Shown here: positions 44,961 to 48,733 of the stretch, piece after piece
How positions within the stretch are numbered: the stretch's first letter is position 1
Layout of the letters: each line of letters starts with the position of its first letter
IMG/VR virus record: IMGVR_UViG_3300003972_000407
Location: 1-48,733 of that record
From: a virus
Lineage: Duplodnaviria; Caudoviricetes
DNA length: 48,733 nt
Reading direction: 5' to 3' (one strand)
The notes under the pieces: model-generated
What the model was told of the DNA's origin: nothing
Databases searched by the model: none
What the model saw: only the letters and a program-made list of their open reading frames with translations
Program-made: the position numbers and the translations under genes

Positions 44961-45248
44961 ATGGCTCAATCGCCGATTCCCACGTACCGCACTGCTGCTG
45001 ACGTCCTCTCGCGCAAGACGGGCAGCGGAATTCGCATGATCGGATGGACCGTCGCGCGCACCCTCCTGATCGCGCCACCGATTCTCCTGTTCGTCCCGAG
45101 CAACTACCACCGCCGCGTGTGGTGGGGCGCTGTCGCGTCGTCGGCGCTGATCTCGCTGTTCGCGATGCTACGGATCTTCAACGCCCAGGCTGTCGGTCTG
45201 AGCGGTCGCCGCGTGCCGCGACCGATCATGCGACGTCTGCGCGCGTAG
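44961..45248 (+). CDS. two-TM membrane protein
   Basis: GAGG SD; two hydrophobic segments; LSGRR. Confidence 0.65.
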   Translation: MAQSPIPTYRTAADVLSRKTGSGIRMIGWTVARTLLIAPPILLFVPSNYHRRVWWGAVASSALISLFAMLRIFNAQAVGLSGRRVPRPIMRRLRA

Positions 45249-45461
45249 CTTCGCATCGCTCGTCACGTACGCAACGAAGGCGAGCGCGAGCACCGGCCAC
45301 ACGAGACCGACTGCGATCGCGAGCGTGATGTAGACGCCCGTCGAGAGTGCGATGGCCGTCGCACCGACCGCGGGCACGAGATAGAGGCGGCCGAGCCAGA
45401 GCGCGAGCGCGACGCACAGCGTGAGTGCGAGGAGCGACTGGACTACGCGTCGGAGGGTCAT
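45168..45461 (-). CDS. hydrophobic membrane protein
   Basis: Three hydrophobic stretches; 3' overlap with the convergent gene. Confidence 0.5.
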   Translation of the reverse strand: MTLRRVVQSLLALTLCVALALWLGRLYLVPAVGATAIALSTGVYITLAIAVGLVWPVLALAFVAYVTSDAKLRAQTSHDRSRHAATAQTDSLGVEDP

Positions 45462-45491
45462 GCCGCAGGTTATACCTGAACCCTCCGTCTC

Positions 45492-45698
45492 CTAGCGCTT
45501 GTTGAGCGAGCGCCACTCGTCGAACGCCTGACGCTTCGCCTCGTTGAGCATGAGCAGGACTTCCTCGTACTCGTCGGGCGCGATGGGGCCGAACACGTCG
45601 ACAGGCACGAGCATGAACGCAAGGACGTCGCGCGCGCTCGCCAGGTTCGGTCGGAACCCGCTGTCGTAGATCACCTCGGGGCTGAGGATGCCGCTCAT
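45492..45698 (-). CDS. hypothetical protein
   Basis: GGAGG SD, 68 aa. Confidence 0.6.
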   Translation of the reverse strand: MSGILSPEVIYDSGFRPNLASARDVLAFMLVPVDVFGPIAPDEYEEVLLMLNEAKRQAFDEWRSLNKR

Positions 45699-45865
45699 CG
45701 TACGACCCTCCGTCCCCGAGACCTAGCACGTCGGCAGGACTCGTGACGAGAGGGCTGGGCGAGCGGGCGGGCAGGCGTCGATCTCCTCTCGGCTACTTGG
45801 CCGAGCTTGTAGATCGCGATGAAAAACAGGGTCACCGCGCCCACGTAGATGAGCGCGGTCATCGC

Positions 45866-47830
45866 TTATCCCACCTGTGGTGAAGTCTCCTGTGCATCGT
45901 CGTCCTCGTCCCCGTCCTCGTCCTCGTCGTCCTCGCCGACCGCGGATTCCATGAGGAGCTTTGCCACCTCGTCGCGATACGCCTGCGTCGCGTTGGGGAG
46001 AAGTACGTCGAGGAAGTCAGCGATCATGCCTTGCGCGAGTAGCTCGGTCAGCGCAGGAATCGGCAGGTTCGCCTGCATCACATAGGCGGCGGCCTGCTGA
46101 ATCGCATCGGCGACCTCGGAGGGTTCGGCACCATCACGCCGCGGCGGCGTTTCGCGGAGTGCATCGAGGAACTTGTCGACGCTCTCGCGCAGCTCCAACA
46201 CCTTGGGCAGCGTCGGACCGAACCACTCTTCGTCGGTGCGGCCCCTGCGCCGCCCGCCATCGTTCGGCTTGAACGGCACCACGTTCGCCGGTGCCCCGTT
46301 CGCGCCATTCAGACCGTTCAGACCGTTCGACATCTTCGGCGCACGCACACTCGGTGCGCCGATCGCGGGCTGCTGTACACCCGGAGGACCCGCGTATCCA
46401 CCGCTGGGCATCGGCGCCGCCACGCCGGCCTTCATCGCAGCCTCCATCGCAGCCATCTGCGCCATGCGTTCGAGCTGGGCTTTCTGGACCTCGGCTTGCG
46501 CCTTCGCGATCTCGGCTTGTGCGTTCATCGCAGCGACCTGTTCCTTGGTCTTGTCGCCCGTGTACTTCCTCGCCATCTCGGCGAGGTTTGCGACACCGTC
46601 ACGCACGAGATCGATCACCTGGTTGCCGCCACCGCCCGAGTTGAGCTGTGCAGCCTGCTCGATCAGTTGGCGCGAGAGCCCGAACATCGACTCGTACTGC
46701 CGCGCGATGTTCTGCACGACGTGATCAGTGTTCGTCGTCGATTCCTTGGCGATCGCGAGCACGTCTTGCGGGCGCATCATGAAATTCTGGATGCGATCGA
46801 GCTGTACCTGCGACGTACGCGCGATGTCCTTCATCGCCTCCATCTGCGCTTGCATCATCTGCTGGAACATCAAGAGCTGCGGATCGGGGCCCTTGTTCGC
46901 GTTCGCTCGCATGAACTCTTCGAGGCGACGGTTGCTCTCCTCGACGAGCCGCGCTTGCTGTTCCTGCGTTCGACGGATCTCCTCGCGCAGCTCCGCCTCG
47001 CGTCGCGCGCGCTCCATCTCGGTGCGCTGTTGCGTGAGCTGCTCTTCGAGGCGGCGATTCGCCTCGCGAAGCTGCTCGACCGCGGGATCAGCAGCGGCAG
47101 CACGTTGCTGTACCGCCTGCGTGAGCTGTTGCACCATCGCCGTCATCGACTGCTGGAGCGTCTGCATCTGACGATCGCTCTCGGCTTTCATCTCGGCGAG
47201 GCGGCGCTCGAAGTCGCGTGCGAGGGCTTCTTCGCGAGCGCGCGTGAGCTGCTCGCGCAGCGCTGCGACCTCACCGCTCGCCGCACTGCCACCGAGCGTC
47301 GGAAGCGGTGTCGCAAACGGGTAGGGCGTAGGCGGAAAGTAGCCGGGCTGCGGCGCCGGTACGGTTGGCACAGTCGGCACGGGCGCGGCCGTCGGGAACA
47401 GAGACGCAGGTGGGAGAGAGGAGCCACTACCGGGAAAAGAGGCCATGGTCGGTTTCACCTGGGTTGGGGTGGGGGTGCTCGGCATGAAAGCGCCCTGTAG
47501 CGGAGGCGGCACTTTCTCGGGGAACTCGGTGGTGGGGTAGAACGCGGTCCATTCCATGGTCTGCGGCGGCGTGGATCCATCACTGATTGCAATCACGTAA
47601 TGGCCGCCGCCCGCCCATTCTGTGACGAGCCAACGAGTGAGATCTCGAACCTGATCCTTGGACCAGTTCGTTCCCGGTGCGCTGCCGTCCTCGGGCTGCG
47701 GCAGCGGGATCTCCATCTTCATCGTCCCCTTGATCTTCTCGACGCGCACCGTGAAGGGTTCGACCATGGTCTCGAACTTGGCGGTGTCGAAAGTCTTGGG
47801 GGCTCGAACGGTTTGGACCTTAGCGCTCAC
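45866..47830 (-). CDS. large Pro-rich / coiled-coil protein with acidic tail (start uncertain)
   Basis: Globular N-terminus, Pro-rich linker, long Q/E/R/M coil, NGLNGLNG, D/E tail. Confidence 0.75.
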   Translation of the reverse strand: MSAKVQTVRAPKTFDTAKFETMVEPFTVRVEKIKGTMKMEIPLPQPEDGSAPGTNWSKDQVRDLTRWLVTEWAGGGHYVIAISDGSTPPQTMEWTAFYPTTEFPEKVPPPLQGAFMPSTPTPTQVKPTMASFPGSGSSLPPASLFPTAAPVPTVPTVPAPQPGYFPPTPYPFATPLPTLGGSAASGEVAALREQLTRAREEALARDFERRLAEMKAESDRQMQTLQQSMTAMVQQLTQAVQQRAAAADPAVEQLREANRRLEEQLTQQRTEMERARREAELREEIRRTQEQQARLVEESNRRLEEFMRANANKGPDPQLLMFQQMMQAQMEAMKDIARTSQVQLDRIQNFMMRPQDVLAIAKESTTNTDHVVQNIARQYESMFGLSRQLIEQAAQLNSGGGGNQVIDLVRDGVANLAEMARKYTGDKTKEQVAAMNAQAEIAKAQAEVQKAQLERMAQMAAMEAAMKAGVAAPMPSGGYAGPPGVQQPAIGAPSVRAPKMSNGLNGLNGANGAPANVVPFKPNDGGRRRGRTDEEWFGPTLPKVLELRESVDKFLDALRETPPRRDGAEPSEVADAIQQAAAYVMQANLPIPALTELLAQGMIADFLDVLLPNATQAYRDEVAKLLMESAVGEDDEDEDGDEDDDAQETSPQVG

Positions 47831-47933
47831 GGCGATCACCGTAGGCAGCGTCGAAGGCAAAGGGCAAATAATCGCGTGCGCCTCATGAGTCGTTATTTGC
47901 CCATGACGATCCGCGGCTCTTACAACGAGTTCC

Positions 47934-48392
47934 GTGGCGAATAAAAAGAGTCTCCTGCGAGCCCTCGGTCCCGCCCTCATGGGCGGCCTCGATCCCCAGA
48001 CCGGCCTTGTCGGGCGCCGACACGAGCGCACGCAGGGTTGCTGGAATTGCGTGCACAGCGACTTCGAGCGCGCGAGGGCGATCTGGAACCAAAAGCGTCA
48101 ACAGGATCTAGAACACGCCGCGCGTGTCGCGCTCCAGAGCCCGATGGGCGAAGACGATCCCGAGGTCGTGAATATCCGCAACCTTGTCGACGGGATCGAC
48201 AAGGGTATCGCGAGCTGGAACCTCACGAAGTGCTTCGGAGGCGGTGTCGACGCGAACGGCAACTCCGTGGGCGACTTCGTCAAGAGCAATTACCTCTGCC
48301 GCAAGTGGACGGCCAAGACGGGCGCGAGCGTGGCGCGAGCGGGCCAGAAGCCCGACGACTTGCCCATGGAACTCGAAGATAAGAACAACTAA
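47934..48392 (+). CDS. hypothetical protein with CxxC
   Basis: GCWNCVH ... C ... YLCRKW. Confidence 0.65.
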   Translation: MANKKSLLRALGPALMGGLDPQTGLVGRRHERTQGCWNCVHSDFERARAIWNQKRQQDLEHAARVALQSPMGEDDPEVVNIRNLVDGIDKGIASWNLTKCFGGGVDANGNSVGDFVKSNYLCRKWTAKTGASVARAGQKPDDLPMELEDKNN

Positions 48393-48396
48393 CCCC

Positions 48397-48733
48397 ATGG
48401 AAACACTACTGCTTTACGCGCTCTGCACCGCCTCGCTCTTTTATTTGGGATCGCGGGCCAAGATCACCTCGTTTCTGTGGTCTCGCTACCCGGATAAGTT
48501 GGCGAGTTTTATGGATTGTTCGGCATGTAGCGGCACCTGGTACGGCGGCCTCGTGGGCTACGTCGGCGGCTATCAGCTCGGCCTCGACTTCATGGGACTG
48601 CCCGGCGCCGCACCAACGACTGTCGTTGCCGTCGCTCTCGGCTCGATGAGCTGGACGCCCATCGTCGCCGGTCTCGTACAACGTGGGTTCGACTCGTTGG
48701 GCTCCGTCGTCCCCGAACCCGCACCCGAGCCCG
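48397..48733 (+). CDS. membrane protein with CxxC (DUF1360-like), runs off window
   Basis: METLLLYALCTASLFYLG...MDCSACSGTWYG..; not in the ORF track because it is open-ended. Confidence 0.6.
   Translation, partial: METLLLYALCTASLFYLGSRAKITSFLWSRYPDKLASFMDCSACSGTWYGGLVGYVGGYQLGLDFMGLPGAAPTTVVAVALGSMSWTPIVAGLVQRGFDSLGSVVPEPAPEP

Larger units (their letters stand above)
1..48733. mobile_element. virus/provirus genome segment, probably a tailless membrane-containing dsDNA virus with an integrase
   Basis: Dense small ORFs with ATGA/GTGA overlaps, tyrosine recombinase, lysis cassette and candidate capsid/spike/membrane genes. No host housekeeping genes; ends not visible in the window. Confidence 0.85.

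Overview
The whole 48.7 kb window reads as one high-GC (roughly 68% by eye) virus or provirus genome segment. No host housekeeping genes, rRNA, tRNA or CRISPR array were recognised. The left part (1-18.7 kb, almost all minus strand) is an accessory/early region. It holds a tyrosine recombinase, a lower-GC DUF1156-type DNA adenine methyltransferase, a captured PKHD-hydroxylase fragment, a Ycf46-like AAA+ ATPase three-gene module and many small ORFs. It is punctuated by five near-identical 54-bp intergenic repeats (plus one degenerate copy) that fold into a branched structure, and by a start-associated motif AAAGGCACAC-N3/4-ATG. The right part (19-48.7 kb) looks like a morphogenesis and lysis region of a tailless, internal-membrane virus (inference). 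It holds two candidate single-jelly-roll capsid proteins, a tandem array of paralogous spike-like genes, many small single-TM proteins, small basic Cys-rich proteins, a thioredoxin, a SleB-like hydrolase, an endolysin/holin/lipoprotein cassette and a membrane-anchored transglutaminase-like Cys protease. No terminase, portal, HK97 capsid, tail or packaging-ATPase gene was recognised. The most novel signals are (1) a recurring L-x-G-[LF]-[GR] motif across the putative virion proteins, matching the adenovirus protease cleavage consensus, next to the candidate protease, and (2) the structured 54-bp repeat and cassette architecture of the accessory region. Family assignments come from motif recognition by eye, not from database searches.
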